Assembly (NCBI GenBank): GCA_037141455.1
Contig: JBAXCN010000003.1
Span: 4,218 to 68,217, forward strand
Reading direction: 5' to 3'
DNA from: Bacteroidota bacterium
GTDB taxonomy: Bacteria > Bacteroidota > Bacteroidia > UKL13-3
Length of the DNA: 64,000 bases
The position numbers and the translations under genes are program-made. The notes under the pieces were generated by a model. The model did not search any database and was not told the origin of the DNA. It saw nothing but the letters and a program-made list of their open reading frames with translations. Below are positions 37,909 through 48,397 of the stretch, in pieces. Each line of letters opens with the position of its first letter. Positions within the stretch are counted from its first letter, which is position 1.

Positions 37909-40023
37909 TTACCTTCGTTGTGGCTGCGAACCTGGTCTAACTCTTTGACCTGGGCCTAGTTTTATTGGCTCAGTTGGGTCTTTAACTTTTACAGGAGGAT
38001 TATAATTGGTATCAATTACTTTTACAGTTGTTCTTCTATTTTGTTGGTGTTGGTCTTCCGTACACCTTTGGCCTTGCACTCTTTCATTCGGTCCTTCACA
38101 TGCACATTCTTTTAATTCTAATTCATTTTCACCATACCCTCTAGAAACCAATCGCATTGAATCAACACCATTCCTAATTAAATATCCAACACAAGAATCG
38201 GCCCTACGTTGAGATAATTTAATATTATAAAGTGAATCTGCTCTACAATCAGTATGAGAACCTAATTCAAATTTTAACATTGGATATTTATTCATAATTA
38301 ATACCAATGAGTCTAAAATTTCTGCAGAACGAGGTCTAATATCAGCACTGTCTAAGCCATAAAAAATACCTTTAACCGTAAAGGTTTCTAAGTCAATAGG
38401 TCTTAAATCTAAATCTTGAATTAAATCGGTAGATACCTCTAAACCCTTAGTTGTTTGAGAATATATTTTACTATCATAATAAAGCGCTTTTGAACCATAC
38501 AAATCATAATCAGTTCCGGCACGCAATGGAATTCTGTATGAACCAGCAGCATCAGTTCTAACTGTTAATTTAATAGTATCAGAACTATTTGTAAATTGTA
38601 TCACTGTGTTCTTTAATATTTCTCTAGTTTTAACATCGCGGGCAACACCACTTAAAGTAAATATTAATGGTGTTTTTGTGAATCTATAAATATCATCACT
38701 GCCTTTTCCATTTAATCTGTTTGAAGAGAAAAAACCTGTTTCTTTATCTTTTGAAACTATTATTGCAAAATCATCACCACCTGAATTAATTGGTGCTTTC
38801 ATGTTTATTGGGTCGCTCCAATCTACAGCTTGACCTTTTGCAAAATATATATCGTATCCACCCATTCCACAACGACCGTTTGATGCAAAATATAATGTAC
38901 CATCATCGTGTACAAAAGGGAAAGCTTCATCACCATCAGTATTTATACTTGGTCCTAAGTTTACTGGGTCGCCCCATGCATTTCCTCTTTTACTATAACT
39001 TACGCTATATAAATCCTTGCTAAGTATTGTTCCATCAGGATTTTCGGCACTCGATACAGCTTTCTCAATACTGCCAGGCATATTACTTGAAAAATATAAT
39101 GTTGTACCATCTTTACTTAAAAATGGATGGCCACAATCAAAAGAATCGGTGCTAAAAGGAAGTGGAACAGGTTCGCTCCATTCTGTTCCTGATAATTTTG
39201 ATTCGTAAATTCTGCAATGAGCACCTTTTCCATCATTTTTTTCACCATAGTTACATTTAGTAACATACATGGTTGTAAATTTAGCATCAAAACAAACTGA
39301 ACCATCATTCCATTTTCCGTTAATATTTTTTTTATCGGTTAACGCAGGCAAACTGTAGTTTTCAATAATGTCTTTATTTTTCTTGTTTAATTTTAATGTA
39401 GTCGTATATACATCACAAAATCCATTATTAAACCAACTATATTTATCTTTTCCTCTTACTCCAACTTCAAATCTATCGCTCGAAAACATCAATTGGTCTT
39501 TTCTGTAATACATTGGTGCAAAATCGCTCCATTTTGTGTTTAATTTAGCAACATTTTCAACCAAGTACCTAGTTTTTTCTGATTTCCATTTTTGTGCGCT
39601 AGTACTACCACAATCTTCTAAATCTATTTTAGGATCGGAGCCAACTGATTTTTTGTATTTATTGGCTTCAGTAATAGATTCAACATATTTTTCTGAAAAC
39701 TTCAAGGCCTGAATCTGACGAAATTTTGCTTCTGCGTTGGTTGGATCTTGCTGAACTGCCTTGGTGTACCAACTTTCAGCAGCTGTCCAATTGTTCGATA
39801 AACGATAACACTCCGCTGCATAAAATGCAGTTTCTTTTTTTATCTCTTTATTTTTAGTTGTTCCATAAACTTTTTTATAAACATCAGCGGCAGCTGCATA
39901 TTCAAATTCTTTAAATTTCTTTCGGGCATCACTAATATTTCCTCCACCACCTTTACAAGCAAAAAACAGTAAAGATATTGTTAAAACAATTCCAGTAAAT
40001 TTTATCAAGTAATTTTTTTTCAT
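37909..40023 (-). CDS. OmpA-family protein with TPR, TolB-like beta-propeller repeats and CarboxypepD_reg-like segment
   Basis: C-terminal OmpA-like domain (FELGSHTDCRADSLYNIKLSQRRADS...SRGYGE) and repeated PD40-like units (YFSSN..., YFASN..., FFSSNR). ATG 40023 is preferred over TTG 40029. Confidence 0.85.
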   Translation of the reverse strand: MKKNYLIKFTGIVLTISLLFFACKGGGGNISDARKKFKEFEYAAAADVYKKVYGTTKNKEIKKETAFYAAECYRLSNNWTAAESWYTKAVQQDPTNAEAKFRQIQALKFSEKYVESITEANKYKKSVGSDPKIDLEDCGSTSAQKWKSEKTRYLVENVAKLNTKWSDFAPMYYRKDQLMFSSDRFEVGVRGKDKYSWFNNGFCDVYTTTLKLNKKNKDIIENYSLPALTDKKNINGKWNDGSVCFDAKFTTMYVTKCNYGEKNDGKGAHCRIYESKLSGTEWSEPVPLPFSTDSFDCGHPFLSKDGTTLYFSSNMPGSIEKAVSSAENPDGTILSKDLYSVSYSKRGNAWGDPVNLGPSINTDGDEAFPFVHDDGTLYFASNGRCGMGGYDIYFAKGQAVDWSDPINMKAPINSGGDDFAIIVSKDKETGFFSSNRLNGKGSDDIYRFTKTPLIFTLSGVARDVKTREILKNTVIQFTNSSDTIKLTVRTDAAGSYRIPLRAGTDYDLYGSKALYYDSKIYSQTTKGLEVSTDLIQDLDLRPIDLETFTVKGIFYGLDSADIRPRSAEILDSLVLIMNKYPMLKFELGSHTDCRADSLYNIKLSQRRADSCVGYLIRNGVDSMRLVSRGYGENELELKECACEGPNERVQGQRCTEDQHQQNRRTTVKVIDTNYNPPVKVKDPTEPIKLGPGQRVRPGSQPQRR

Positions 40024-40141
40024 GTGCAAATTTTTGAGTTTAAATAGAACAAACGCAATTTTATGTTTTTTAGCTTATTAAACAATGTTTTTTTTTGGTA
40101 TTTTATTTTTTTTAAATGCCTAAATATGAATACATTTAAAT

Positions 40142-40180
40142 AAAAAAAACCAATCAATGTAAATTTGATTGGTTTTTTTT
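40142..40180. terminator. Terminator downstream of glnN
   Basis: AACCAATCAA-TGTAAAT-TTGATTGGTT flanked by A- and T-runs. Confidence 0.8.
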
Positions 40181-40200
40181 AAAGCATTTTTTTCTAAATT

Positions 40201-42390
40201 TTATTTAATAAATAACATTTCGCGGTATTTAGGTAATTGCCATAAAGTATCGTCAACTATAAACTCTAACGAATCGCTGGCTCCACGAACATTATCGAAC
40301 AAAGGTTTTACTTTGTGGCAAAATGCCAATGCTGCTTTATGTGTATTAGCAGCATGGTGGGCTTTTTCAGTTTCTGATATTATTTTATCTACATTATCAC
40401 TAATAGTTTTAATGTACTTCGATATAGATTCAATTGTTTTTAATTGAGTTTCGTAACTGGTTTTATTTAAACCTGCTCCTTTTAATGCTTGTACATTTAT
40501 CGCTAATTTACTTTGGTATTCAACTGCTGCAGGTATTACATGCGAAGTTGCAAGTTGTGACAATGTTTTTGCTTCAATATCAATTTTTTTAACATACAAT
40601 TCTTGCATAATTTCATAGCGCGCTTCTAATTCAATTTTACTAAAAATATTATTTCTTGTAAATAAGTCAGCCGATTCTTTAGTTATGTAAGCATTTAAAG
40701 CTTCTGGTGTTGTTTTTACATTTGATAAACCGCGTTTTTCAGCTTCTTTTACCCACTCATCGCTATATCCATTGCCTTCAAATAATATATTTTTTGAAGT
40801 TTTATAATATGTTTTTAATACAGATAAAATTGCTTCTTCTTTCTTTTTACCTTTTTTAATTAAAGCGTCAACTTCAGTTTTAAATTTATTTAATTGGTCA
40901 GCCATTACTGTGTTTAACACAATCATTGCATTGGCGCAATTCGCACTGGAACCAACAGCTCTAAATTCAAATTTATTTCCAGTAAACGCAAATGGTGAAG
41001 TTCTATTTCTATCAGTATTGTCTAATAAAATATCGGGTATTTTTATTACATCTATGGCTTGGTTATCGGTTTTATTAACTTTAGCACTCGACTTATCGTT
41101 TAAAATTGAATCTAAAACATTAGTCATTTGGCTACCAATAAAAATACTCATAATTGCCGGTGGCGCTTCGTTAGCACCTAAACGATGATCGTTGCTAGCA
41201 GTTGCAATAGAAGCACGCAATAAATCTGCATTATCGTTTACAGCTTTAATTACATTTACAAAAAATGTAAGAAATTGTAAGTTTGTTTCAGGATTTTTTG
41301 TAGGTGCCAATAAGTTAACTCCAGTATTGGTTATTAAACTCCAGTTATTGTGTTTTCCACTTCCGTTAACTCCAGCAAATGGTTTTTCGTGTAATAATAC
41401 TTTTAATCCATGGCGCTGACTAACTTTTTCCATCAAATCCATTAACAATTGGTTATGGTCAACTGCTAAATTTGCTTCTTCAAAGTTAGGTGCACACTCA
41501 AATTGACCGGGTGCTACCTCGTTATGACGGGTTTTTAATGGTATTCCTAATTTATATGCTTCAGTTTCATAATCAACCATAAAATCGTGAACTCTTGGAG
41601 GAATTGAACCAAAGTAATGGTCTTCTAATTGTTGTCCTTTTTCTGGTGCATGTCCTAATAAAGTTCTTCCACTTAGCATTAAATCAGGACGAGCATAAAA
41701 CATTGCCTCATCAATTAAAAAGTATTCTTGCTCAATGCCTAAACTTGCTGATGCTTTTGTTATATTTTTATCAAAATAATTTGCACAAACTGCTACAACC
41801 GATTTTTCAACAGCATGTAATGCTTTTAATAATGGTGCTTTAAAATCTAAAGCCTCACCGGTGTATGAAACAAAAATTGTAGGAATACACAATGTTTTTC
41901 CATTGCTTTCTTCCATAATAAATGCTGGTGATGAAGGATCCCAAGCGGTATAACCTCTTGCTTCAAAAGTATTTCTTATACCTCCATTTGGAAAACTACT
42001 TGCATCTGGCTCTTGCTGAACCAATGCGCCACCCGAAAATTTTTCCATTGATCTACCTTCTTCAGTTGGCTCAAAAAAAGCATCATGCTTTTCGGCAGTA
42101 GCTCCTGTTAATGGTTGAAACCAATGGGTGTAATGCGAAACTCCTCTGCTCATAGCCCAGTTTTTCATTCCTGAAGCTACTGCATCAGCATGGCCACGAT
42201 CAATTTTCTCACCCATTTTTACAGCCCTTGAAACTGCTTCATAAGCTTCTTTGCTTAAAAAATTCTTCATAGCACTGTCGTTAAAAACATTGCTGTTGTA
42301 AAATTCTGATATTTTATCGGAAGGGGCTTTGGTAATAACTGGATTTCTGCTTAAAGCAGTTTTTAAAGCATTAAAACGTAAAGTTGGCAT
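40201..42390 (-). CDS. glnN: Glutamine synthetase type III
   Basis: 729 aa, the characteristic GSIII length. Contains HNEVAPGQFE and NGSGKHNNWS motifs. Confidence 0.9.
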   Translation of the reverse strand: MPTLRFNALKTALSRNPVITKAPSDKISEFYNSNVFNDSAMKNFLSKEAYEAVSRAVKMGEKIDRGHADAVASGMKNWAMSRGVSHYTHWFQPLTGATAEKHDAFFEPTEEGRSMEKFSGGALVQQEPDASSFPNGGIRNTFEARGYTAWDPSSPAFIMEESNGKTLCIPTIFVSYTGEALDFKAPLLKALHAVEKSVVAVCANYFDKNITKASASLGIEQEYFLIDEAMFYARPDLMLSGRTLLGHAPEKGQQLEDHYFGSIPPRVHDFMVDYETEAYKLGIPLKTRHNEVAPGQFECAPNFEEANLAVDHNQLLMDLMEKVSQRHGLKVLLHEKPFAGVNGSGKHNNWSLITNTGVNLLAPTKNPETNLQFLTFFVNVIKAVNDNADLLRASIATASNDHRLGANEAPPAIMSIFIGSQMTNVLDSILNDKSSAKVNKTDNQAIDVIKIPDILLDNTDRNRTSPFAFTGNKFEFRAVGSSANCANAMIVLNTVMADQLNKFKTEVDALIKKGKKKEEAILSVLKTYYKTSKNILFEGNGYSDEWVKEAEKRGLSNVKTTPEALNAYITKESADLFTRNNIFSKIELEARYEIMQELYVKKIDIEAKTLSQLATSHVIPAAVEYQSKLAINVQALKGAGLNKTSYETQLKTIESISKYIKTISDNVDKIISETEKAHHAANTHKAALAFCHKVKPLFDNVRGASDSLEFIVDDTLWQLPKYREMLFIK

Positions 42391-42487
42391 TTTTTTGTAA
42401 ATTTTTGGTGCGAAAATAATGTTTAACAGAATAGTAGCCTATTTATTTTGCAAATTTGTTTAACATTTTATCAATAATCAATAAAAT

Positions 42488-43189
42488 TTATTTTTTTGGA
42501 CCCTTTGGTTGTAAAGGTCTAATTTCTAAATTAACCGTATGAAAATTATCAGGTGTTTGTAAAGCATAAACAATATTAGCAGCCACATCTTCGGGCATTA
42601 ACATGTAATCGTGGGGTTTTACACCAGGGCTATTTCTGAAAAAATCGGTTTTGGTTGAACCGGGATAAATGCAAGTAACTTTTATTTTAAAATCTCTTAC
42701 TTCTCTAAATAACGATTCACTTAAACCCTTTACTGCCCATTTGCTAGCACAATAACCTGCCACCTGCGGCATTCCTTCTAAAGCAGCTGTTGAAGCAATA
42801 TTTATAATATGTCCGCTTTCTTTTTCTTTCATTTTTGGCAATGCCATTTTACAGCAATAAAATATGCCGTTAACATTGGTTTCTTGCATTTCGTGAAATT
42901 GTTCTACAGGCATATCTTCCAAAAAACCAAAATAGCCTAAGCCTGCATTGTTTATCAAAATATCTATTGTTTGGTTGCTTGCAGCAAAAATCTGTGAAAA
43001 AGCATTTTGCACCGATTCGAAACTGCGAACATCGCAATTGATAAAAGTATAATTTGGATCTGAAATATCGTTAATGTTTCGACCAAGGCCAAATACTTTA
43101 ACTTCATTTGCCAATAATTGCAGGCAAACAGCTTTGCCAATTCCTTTGCTAACACCAGTAACTACGGCTATTTTATTTTGTAAATTCAT
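42488..43189 (-). CDS. SDR family oxidoreductase
   Basis: TGVSKGIGKA, NNAG and YCASKWAV. ATG 43189 is preferred over TTG 43213. Confidence 0.85.
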   Translation of the reverse strand: MNLQNKIAVVTGVSKGIGKAVCLQLLANEVKVFGLGRNINDISDPNYTFINCDVRSFESVQNAFSQIFAASNQTIDILINNAGLGYFGFLEDMPVEQFHEMQETNVNGIFYCCKMALPKMKEKESGHIINIASTAALEGMPQVAGYCASKWAVKGLSESLFREVRDFKIKVTCIYPGSTKTDFFRNSPGVKPHDYMLMPEDVAANIVYALQTPDNFHTVNLEIRPLQPKGPKK

Positions 43190-43377
43190 TTTTTTAGGAT
43201 TAAAAGATTGCAAGATTACAAAAATTATAAGATTGTAAGGATAATTTATAATTTGAAAAATATGAATGCGAAATGGTTTTTAGCCATTTTATTTTACTAA
43301 ATTGTAAATGATTATAAAATACAAATGTGGTATTTGTAAAGTGTAATAATAGTATAATGTAAAAGGCATTTGTGGTA

Positions 43378-43965
43378 TTATTTCAAATTACTTATTGAGT
43401 CTATTATTTTTTTAGCTCCTTCTACATCCTCTCCTTCTATGTATGAATCGCCATTTTCAAGTCCACTTTTTAAGTCTTTAAATAATTTTTTTATTTGAGA
43501 CTTTTCATAATTTTTAAACTCAACGCTATCTTCATTGTTTAATGTTCTACCGAATTTTGATAACCAAACATTCCAATTTAAGGTTGAACCTCCACCATTA
43601 GAATTGCTTCTTACATTTTCAATGCTAGTAATTTTAAACCCATTATTTAAAATAAAATAGCCTGAAAATTCTTTGGTAATGCTGTCTTTGTCTAAAATTT
43701 TGTGAGTATGCTTAATAATATAAACTTCACTATTAGGAATTTTCCCCTCTTTATTTTGTTCTATGGAAGTTGTAAATTCCTCAAAAGAAATTGATTGATA
43801 ACTCTTTGGATAAAATGCATATTTTTTTATCCAAGAGCCTATACTTCCCTCAATTTCTTTTTTTATTTCATTACTTTTCTGAATTTCTTCATCTGTTGAT
43901 ATATGATAACCACAACCAAAACAATTAAGTAATAGCACAAAGAGGAAAAGATATTTAATTCTCAT
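43378..43965 (-). CDS. Hypothetical lipoprotein
   Basis: MRIKYLFLFVLLLNCFGCG signal with a Cys. No other motif recognised. Confidence 0.5.
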   Translation of the reverse strand: MRIKYLFLFVLLLNCFGCGYHISTDEEIQKSNEIKKEIEGSIGSWIKKYAFYPKSYQSISFEEFTTSIEQNKEGKIPNSEVYIIKHTHKILDKDSITKEFSGYFILNNGFKITSIENVRSNSNGGGSTLNWNVWLSKFGRTLNNEDSVEFKNYEKSQIKKLFKDLKSGLENGDSYIEGEDVEGAKKIIDSISNLK

Positions 43966-44139
43966 TCGTTTTAAATTTAGGGGCAAAATAATAGAAAATT
44001 ACGTTTAAGAATGTTACTTTAAAAACAAATTTTATATCCTCCAATAATTTTTAGTTATTATTGCAGGCTTAAAAAAATTACTTTAAGCTAATTATTAGCT
44101 ATTTATAGGAGTTAATAGTTATTTAAAAATAAAAATATT

Positions 44140-45321
44140 TTGAAAAACATTACTATAGGGCAATTTAAAATGATTGCCAAAACACAACAAGGCTTAGAAC
44201 CTTTATTAGAAAAAGAATTACAAGAACTAGGAGCAACTAATACCCAACGTTTAAAAAGAGCCGTTAGTTTTGATGGTGATAAACGATTGATGTATAAAGT
44301 GAACTTACATTCACGATTATCGTTAAAAATTTTATTGCCTTTTTACAGTTTCAAAGCTAAAAACGACCGTGAATTGTACGATGCCATTGGCACTATTGAT
44401 TGGAGCACTTTTATGAGTATTGATGGTTCGTTGGCTATTGATGGTTTGCTTCGTTCCGATTTTTTTAATCACTCCCAATACATTGCCTTAAAGGCAAAAG
44501 ATGCCATAGTTGACCAATTTAGAACTAAATTTAACAAACGCCCAAATGTTGATATTGTTAATCCAGACTTACGTTTGAACTTACATATTTTTCAAGATAG
44601 TGCAACACTTTCTTTAGATTCGAGTAACGATTCGTTACACCGCAGGGGCTACCGCGAAGATGCAAACAAAGCACCGTTAAATGAAGTAACTGCTGCTGCC
44701 ATTGTAAAAATGACAGGTTGGAATGGATCAGAACCTTTAATGGATGGCATGTGCGGAAGTGGAACAATACTAATAGAAGCAGCCATGATTGCTAAAAATA
44801 TTCCAGCTAATTATTTACGCAAGCGTTTTGGCTTTCAGTCGTGGTTAGATTATGACCACAAGCTATGGCAGGAAGTTAAAGAAGAAGGAAAAGCAGGAAT
44901 AAAAAACATTAAATTAACTATAAATTGTTCTGATATTTCGTGGGATACGCTAGAAATTGCAAAATCAAACGTAGATAAAGCTGGATTAACTGGAGTTATA
45001 AAATTAGATAAAACACCTTTTGAAAATTTGAAACCCAATGCAGAAAGAGGATGTTTAATTATGAATCCGCCTTATGGCGAGCGCTTGGCATTAGAAGAAG
45101 CTGCTGAGTTTTATAAAATGATTGGGGATAAATTCAAAAAAGATTTTTCAGGTTGGCAAGCTTGGGTTTTATCATCGAATCAAGAAGCAATGAAAAGCAT
45201 TAGGTTAAAAACTTCTCAACGGTTATTGGTATTTAATGGTCCACTAGAATGTAAGTTTCATCAGTACGAAATGTACCAAGGTACCAAACGTATTTTTGAC
45301 AAAGAAGTTAAAGCTGAATAA
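44140..45321 (+). CDS. THUMP-domain class I SAM-dependent RNA methyltransferase (RlmL/UPF0020-like)
   Basis: DGMCGSGT SAM motif and NPPYGERL catalytic motif. The start is ambiguous between TTG 44140 and ATG 44170. Confidence 0.8.
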   Translation: MKNITIGQFKMIAKTQQGLEPLLEKELQELGATNTQRLKRAVSFDGDKRLMYKVNLHSRLSLKILLPFYSFKAKNDRELYDAIGTIDWSTFMSIDGSLAIDGLLRSDFFNHSQYIALKAKDAIVDQFRTKFNKRPNVDIVNPDLRLNLHIFQDSATLSLDSSNDSLHRRGYREDANKAPLNEVTAAAIVKMTGWNGSEPLMDGMCGSGTILIEAAMIAKNIPANYLRKRFGFQSWLDYDHKLWQEVKEEGKAGIKNIKLTINCSDISWDTLEIAKSNVDKAGLTGVIKLDKTPFENLKPNAERGCLIMNPPYGERLALEEAAEFYKMIGDKFKKDFSGWQAWVLSSNQEAMKSIRLKTSQRLLVFNGPLECKFHQYEMYQGTKRIFDKEVKAE

Positions 45322-45322
45322 A

Positions 45323-46639
45323 TTATTTCATAATCATATTTAACCAAACTGCTTGCCAAGGTTGCCACTCTGGAGTATTAGTTAGGTTTGAGTTGTGCCA
45401 AATACTGATGAAGTTTCCGCCTACTTTTTTTACCTCCTCTTTTAAGTTTTCAATTACTAAAATGGCTTCATTTGGAGTTAAGTTTTCTGCATTTTTTAAA
45501 GTTACATCCATTACGCAGGGTGAAAATATTTCGAGATTTTGGGTTTTGTTTTCTATTAAATTGAAAAACTGAAACCCTTTGCAAGTACTTGCTCTAAAGC
45601 CAATTTTATTGGCATAAGCCATGCTGTAATCTTGTAAAATATTATTTTCTACCAAATGATTATAGCTGTGTGGCAATTTAAATTTTAAAAAATGAAACCT
45701 GCTTGAAATAACATTGTTATTTGTAATTTTCTCTAATTTCTTTTTTTCGGAACTAAGTATTTTATTACTAGAACTGGCATGGTACGAAGGATGAATACCT
45801 ACAGGATACTTAGCACTTATTTGTTCAATTAAATTTTGATAAGTAATATTTTCAGGATGAAGGTTTTTATCGTGACTGCTTTCGCTTTCTGCCAATAGGA
45901 AAAAGAAATGAGATGGTTTATTGCCCAATGATTCAAAAATAAAATCATAGGTATCATACTCGTCTTTTAAGGTTTTACTAAATTGATTTTTTAACTCTTT
46001 AAAATCAAAACGAAAAAAGTTCCCTAAAGCTTTTTTATAAAATCGGTATCGTGTTAATCCTTTATATTTGAATGCAAAATCTATATCAAACGTGTTTAGT
46101 TCGTTATAATTGCTTAATAAAAACTGAATTTCATTGTATTCATTATGAATAATTTTACCCAATTCCAAAGCCCAAATATCAACCAATGGAATTTTTAAAA
46201 ATCCGTTTTTATAAGCTAAGCTTTCTTCTACTTTATACCTGTTGTGCATATCGAAACTGGGATTATTGTGTTCCTCGTACCGACTAAATAAATAAAACGA
46301 AGCGCTAAAAATATCGAAAGGTAAATGTTGTTTTGGAGGTTCTATAAATTTATCTGCATCAAATTTTTGATTAAAAAATGTATATCCAAATCGAGAGTTT
46401 TTTTCAACTGAAATCGATATTTTTTTAATATTCTCTTCAAATAATAGTGTGTTGGCTGGAATATTTATGCAGTTTTCAAAAATAGTAGTTGAGTAATTTA
46501 TTTTGGGCATTTTAGAACGCATAAAATAATCAAAACTATCAGTTAAAGTATAAGTTATTCCTAGTCTTTTTAATAATATTTCATTAAAAATGTAAAGCAA
46601 TCGTGGTGCTTTTTCATCGGCTACAAATATTAAAATCAT
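45323..46639 (-). CDS. Hypothetical protein, possibly polysaccharide-deacetylase-like
   Basis: VGIHPSYHAS...SRFHFLKF...DYSMAYANKIGFRAST resembles CE4-superfamily-like hypothetical proteins of Bacteroidota. Assigned from memory only. Confidence 0.45.
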   Translation of the reverse strand: MILIFVADEKAPRLLYIFNEILLKRLGITYTLTDSFDYFMRSKMPKINYSTTIFENCINIPANTLLFEENIKKISISVEKNSRFGYTFFNQKFDADKFIEPPKQHLPFDIFSASFYLFSRYEEHNNPSFDMHNRYKVEESLAYKNGFLKIPLVDIWALELGKIIHNEYNEIQFLLSNYNELNTFDIDFAFKYKGLTRYRFYKKALGNFFRFDFKELKNQFSKTLKDEYDTYDFIFESLGNKPSHFFFLLAESESSHDKNLHPENITYQNLIEQISAKYPVGIHPSYHASSSNKILSSEKKKLEKITNNNVISSRFHFLKFKLPHSYNHLVENNILQDYSMAYANKIGFRASTCKGFQFFNLIENKTQNLEIFSPCVMDVTLKNAENLTPNEAILVIENLKEEVKKVGGNFISIWHNSNLTNTPEWQPWQAVWLNMIMK

Positions 46640-46732
46640 ACTTTATACTTTTTTACCAAAACTAATAATTTTATTAAATTATAAAAAATGAATATTACAT
46701 AATGAAATTAATAATAATATTTTTGCAAAGCA

Positions 46733-47302
46733 ATGAAAAAGGCAAAAGCATACGATAAAGATATTTTTTGTTTAGAAGGAGATTGGAACAGAAATTTATT
46801 GAAACAAAATAGTGTAAAGGCAGCGCTTGATTTTTTAAAAGAAAATAGAAACATAGAATATATACACAGGCACTGTGGAACCAAAGAAAACCTAGCTTTT
46901 TATTTAGATGAATGGAAGCTAAAAAGGTATTCGAAATACAGTATTGGTTACTTTGCTTTTCATGGCAAGCCAGGAAATATACTAATTGGAAAAGAACCAG
47001 TTAGTTTAGATGAATTGGCCGAAATGCTAGGTGATAGTTGTAAAAATAAAATTTTACATTTCGGGGCTTGCCATGTAATGGATACTGATTTAAGAATACT
47101 TAAAAGATTTTTAAAGAAAACAAATGCGTTGTGTATTTGTGGTTTTCAGAAAGAAATAAAATTTATTGAAAGTTCGGCTTTCGATATTTTATTACTCGAT
47201 ATGTTTCAGGAGTTTTTAGATGTAAGCAGGGTAGAAGCGCATATTAAAATGTATTATAAAACCTTTGCTCAAAAATTAGCATTTAAACTCATTCATTTAT
47301 AG
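46733..47302 (+). CDS. Hypothetical protein with a caspase/CHAT-like His...Cys pattern
   Basis: 189 aa with no signal peptide. YFAFHGKPG and ILHFGACHV are spaced about 36 aa apart. Confidence 0.5.
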   Translation: MKKAKAYDKDIFCLEGDWNRNLLKQNSVKAALDFLKENRNIEYIHRHCGTKENLAFYLDEWKLKRYSKYSIGYFAFHGKPGNILIGKEPVSLDELAEMLGDSCKNKILHFGACHVMDTDLRILKRFLKKTNALCICGFQKEIKFIESSAFDILLLDMFQEFLDVSRVEAHIKMYYKTFAQKLAFKLIHL

Positions 47303-47920
47303 TTTTTCAAAGTTTTTTAATTCCTCTAAAAACCATTTATCAATTGGTTTTTTTGTCCAAATACTTTTAATACCCAATGTTTCTGCAGCTTTATGGTGCA
47401 TCAAAGTATCATCAATAAAAATAGTTTCATTTGGCGTTAAATTATTTTCTTCCAAAATTATTTTCCATGCTGCTAAATCAGGTTTTCTAAGCCCAATTTG
47501 ATGTGAATAATAAATTTTATTAAATAGGTTTTCCCAGCTTTCAGTTGGATGGTCTTTTTCAAAAATATTTGCAAATTCTTGTATATGAAGTTCATTTGTA
47601 TTACTTAAAACAAATATTTTATATTTCGTTTTTAAGTATTTTAATATTTCAATACGTTCAATAGGCACATTCAAAATCATGTTGTTCCAAGCCTTTTCTA
47701 TTTCTAGTTCGCTGGCATTGCCTTTTAGTTCAGCTTTTAAGGTTTGTATAAATGTTTCAGTATCTACTTTCCCAATTTCATAATGTTTAAAAATTGGAAG
47801 TTTATCGTTAATGATATCTAAATCAAGGTTTAACCTTTTAAAACTTCTTATGGTTCTTTCTTGGTCAAGATTTAAAATTACACCACCTAAATCGAAAATA
47901 ATTGCCTTATACTTTAACAT
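47297..47920 (-). CDS. HAD family hydrolase
   Basis: IIFDLGGVI motif I, SNTN motif II and FIDD motif IV. Confidence 0.8.
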   Translation of the reverse strand: MLKYKAIIFDLGGVILNLDQERTIRSFKRLNLDLDIINDKLPIFKHYEIGKVDTETFIQTLKAELKGNASELEIEKAWNNMILNVPIERIEILKYLKTKYKIFVLSNTNELHIQEFANIFEKDHPTESWENLFNKIYYSHQIGLRKPDLAAWKIILEENNLTPNETIFIDDTLMHHKAAETLGIKSIWTKKPIDKWFLEELKNFEKL

Positions 47921-48105
47921 GTTTTTTCCTTCAACATTACATTTTTTTTAAATTTTAAAAGAATTTTTAAATAATATTTCTTATAAAATTCTAGTTTACA
48001 ATACTCAAACTGACAATATTAAAGTTTTTATAAAAATATTTGCTTGTAAAAATCAAAAAACCTACTTTCGCACTCCTTTAAAAATAAGAATATTGTTTTT
48101 AAATA

Positions 48106-48179
48106 GGGCCTATAGCTCATTCGGTTAGAGCAACTGACTCATAATCAGTAGGTGCCTGGTTCGATTCCAGGTGGGCCCA
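48106..48179 (+). tRNA. tRNA with CAT anticodon (Met, or Ile2 if lysidine-modified)
   Basis: Manual fold: acceptor GGGCCTA/TGGGCCC, anticodon stem ACTGA/TCAGT with loop CTCATAA, T-arm CCTGGTTCGATTCCAGG. No encoded CCA. Confidence 0.85.
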
Positions 48180-48180
48180 C

Positions 48181-48211
48181 AAAAGGTTGTCTTAAAAAGA
48201 CAACCTTTTTT
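48181..48211 (+). terminator. Terminator after tRNA-CAT
   Basis: AAGGTTGTCT-TAAAA-AGACAACCTT followed by a T-run. Confidence 0.85.
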
Positions 48212-48397
48212 AGTTTTTATAGGGTATATTTTATTAATGTTTTTAAAATAAATATAAAATACATGAGCAATATAAATCGGAATATTTTCCAATGAATAAA
48301 TATTAAAAAAACAATTTCTTTAAAATACAAAAACCAAATAGGAACATAGAAAACAAAGTTTTTGTTCTTATTTATTTATTTTGCCTAAAAATTTTAA

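Noticed and set aside
48213-48397. TPP riboswitch upstream of thiamine diphosphokinase. Also considered: a glycine riboswitch upstream of gcvH (52941-53035) and a glutamine riboswitch upstream of glnN (42391-42487).
   Set aside because: These spacers are almost pure A/T, with none of the conserved GC-containing cores (for example CTGAGA...ACCTGA for TPP) and no convincing stems.
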